From the NCBI GenBank assembly GCA_025361725.1, contig JANYJV010000073.1:1079-65078 (forward strand): a stretch of DNA of 64,000 nt, in the 5' to 3' direction. Every line of letters begins with the position of its first letter. Position 1 is the first letter of the stretch. The translations under genes were made by a program, and so were the position numbers. The notes beneath the pieces are model-generated. The model had not been told where the DNA came from. It ran no database searches and was given only the letters and a program-made list of their open reading frames with translations. Positions 62,931-64,000 of the stretch are shown here, one piece after another. This stretch comes from Acidimicrobiia bacterium (GTDB lineage: Bacteria; Actinomycetota; Acidimicrobiia; IMCC26256; JAENVU01).

Positions 62931-63704
62931 TTATCCGGTCTGTGATTGGCCGCGTCCGATCACGGTTTCGCGGCGACGACCGATTTCGGCGGGGTCGAGA
63001 CGCCACGCCCGGAAGTATTCCTGCTCCTGTTCGATGCCGTCACCGACGGTGACGCGCTCATTGGCGTCGTAGAGCTTCTTGAGATTTCGTACGGCGGCTT
63101 GATCGTTCCCGGCGATGTCGGCGCCGAGTCGAAGGGCGGTGGCCAGCAACTCGGCATGGGGCACGACGTGGTTGACCAGGCCGGCCGTGAGCGCGTCGGC
63201 CGCGCTCAGGAAGTTGCCGGTCAGGCTCATTTCCTTGGCTCGGCGCACGCCGACGGTCGCGGGGAGGAACACACTCATCCCGCCCGCCGGCATCACGCCA
63301 ACGCGCGCATGGGTGTCACCGAAGAAGGCGAGCTCGGATGCAACGAGGAAGTCACACGCGAGGGCGAGCTCGAACCCGCCAGTCACGCACGCGCCGTTGA
63401 TCGCGCCGATCACCGGCTTCGACGCCTTCCAGAGTGCGGCGAAGGGGCTGACCCGTGCGTCGTCGGCACCCCCCACGAGATTCTTCCCACCGTCGGCGAG
63501 TTCCCGGAGATCGAGACCCGCACAGAACGCGGGGTCGGAGCCGGTGAGCACCATGACGTCGACGCCGTCGTCGGTCTCGGCCGCGATCAGGGCCGCACCG
63601 AGTTGGTGTTGGAGAGCGACGTTGAGTGCGTTGCGCGCCTCGGGACGGTGCATCGTGATGGTGCAGACGCGGCCGACGGTTTCGACAATGACGAGTTCGG
63701 ACAT
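62931..63704 (-). CDS. Enoyl-CoA hydratase/isomerase (crotonase) family
   Basis: The translation contains ITMHRPEARNAL, FCAGLDL, and PVIGAINGACVTGGFELALACDF. Confidence 0.9.
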   Translation of the reverse strand: MSELVIVETVGRVCTITMHRPEARNALNVALQHQLGAALIAAETDDGVDVMVLTGSDPAFCAGLDLRELADGGKNLVGGADDARVSPFAALWKASKPVIGAINGACVTGGFELALACDFLVASELAFFGDTHARVGVMPAGGMSVFLPATVGVRRAKEMSLTGNFLSAADALTAGLVNHVVPHAELLATALRLGADIAGNDQAAVRNLKKLYDANERVTVGDGIEQEQEYFRAWRLDPAEIGRRRETVIGRGQSQTG

Positions 63705-63727
63705 CCGCTCAATGTAAAGCGGTCCGG

Positions 63728-64000
63728 TCAGGCGATCTCGTAGACGACCCTGACCCGGATCTGGAGGTCCTGGGTACCCGGCGAGACCGGTATCGCCGCG
63801 CTCGCCAAGCTCTGGTCGAGTGCCGCGAACCGAGCGACCGACGGGTTGGTGTCTCGTTCTTCGACGATGGAGCGCACTCGTCCGAGGCGAACGCCCGCGG
63901 CCCGTGCGAGCTGTGCGGCCTGATCGTGGGCTTCGGTGACCGCCTTCGCCCGCGCACTGCGTACGACCGGACCGGTGTCCTGGATACTGAGCGCGATGTT
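63728..64000 (-). CDS. SIMPL (DUF541) domain protein, 5'-truncated by the window end
   Basis: The minus-strand translation reads ...AKAVTEAHDQAAQLARAAGVRLGRVRSIVEE...ISPGTQDLQIRVRVVYEIA*. Confidence 0.6.
   Translation of the reverse strand, partial: NIALSIQDTGPVVRSARAKAVTEAHDQAAQLARAAGVRLGRVRSIVEERDTNPSVARFAALDQSLASAAIPVSPGTQDLQIRVRVVYEIA

Overview
This is a very GC-rich, gene-dense chromosomal segment with about 60 protein-coding genes. Several features suggest an actinobacterium-like organism (inference): a DinB/mycothiol-type TIGR03084 protein, MmpL, WS/DGAT, GlnA-like paralogues and high-GC codon bias. I saw no rRNA, tRNA, CRISPR array, integrase or transposase.

Contents from left to right:
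- two large secreted repeat proteins, then cspA
- a selenocysteine TlpA-like lipoprotein coupled to a siderophore-interacting reductase
- a Phd/Doc toxin-antitoxin pair
- a tightly packed seven-gene minus-strand cluster: sulfatase, DapA-like lyase, OYE flavoenzyme, hexapeptide-acyltransferase/alpha-alpha-toroid fusion, SCP2-like protein, GlnA-like gamma-glutamyl ligase and PuuD-like hydrolase
- a second sulfatase divergent from a GH4 glycosidase
- acyl-CoA dehydrogenase and a class III cyclase
- amt-glnK next to a cytochrome P460-like lipoprotein
- MmpL
- two YcaQ/AlkZ-like genes plus an HhH-GPD repair gene
- VIT1 and flotillin
- a zinc-ribbon/cyclase/STAND-ATPase/TPR giant followed by a nucleoside 2-deoxyribosyltransferase-like gene
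- marR-MFS and two deacetylases
- an operon built around a UGSC (UxxCxxC) selenoprotein and a thioredoxin-fold fusion protein
- serC, an MsrPQ-like pair, WS/DGAT and a crotonase

Most notable observations:
- Two independent in-frame UGA codons sit exactly at redox-Cys positions. Each is followed 11 nt later by a GC hairpin, which fits selenocysteine recoding.
- One of these genes lies in an uncharacterised four-gene reductase-like operon.
- A dispersed MITE/REP-like intergenic repeat family is present.
- Two paralogous secreted His/Met-rich proteins share an upstream palindrome.
- Two secreted proteins share a C-terminal domain ending in DPTFARR.
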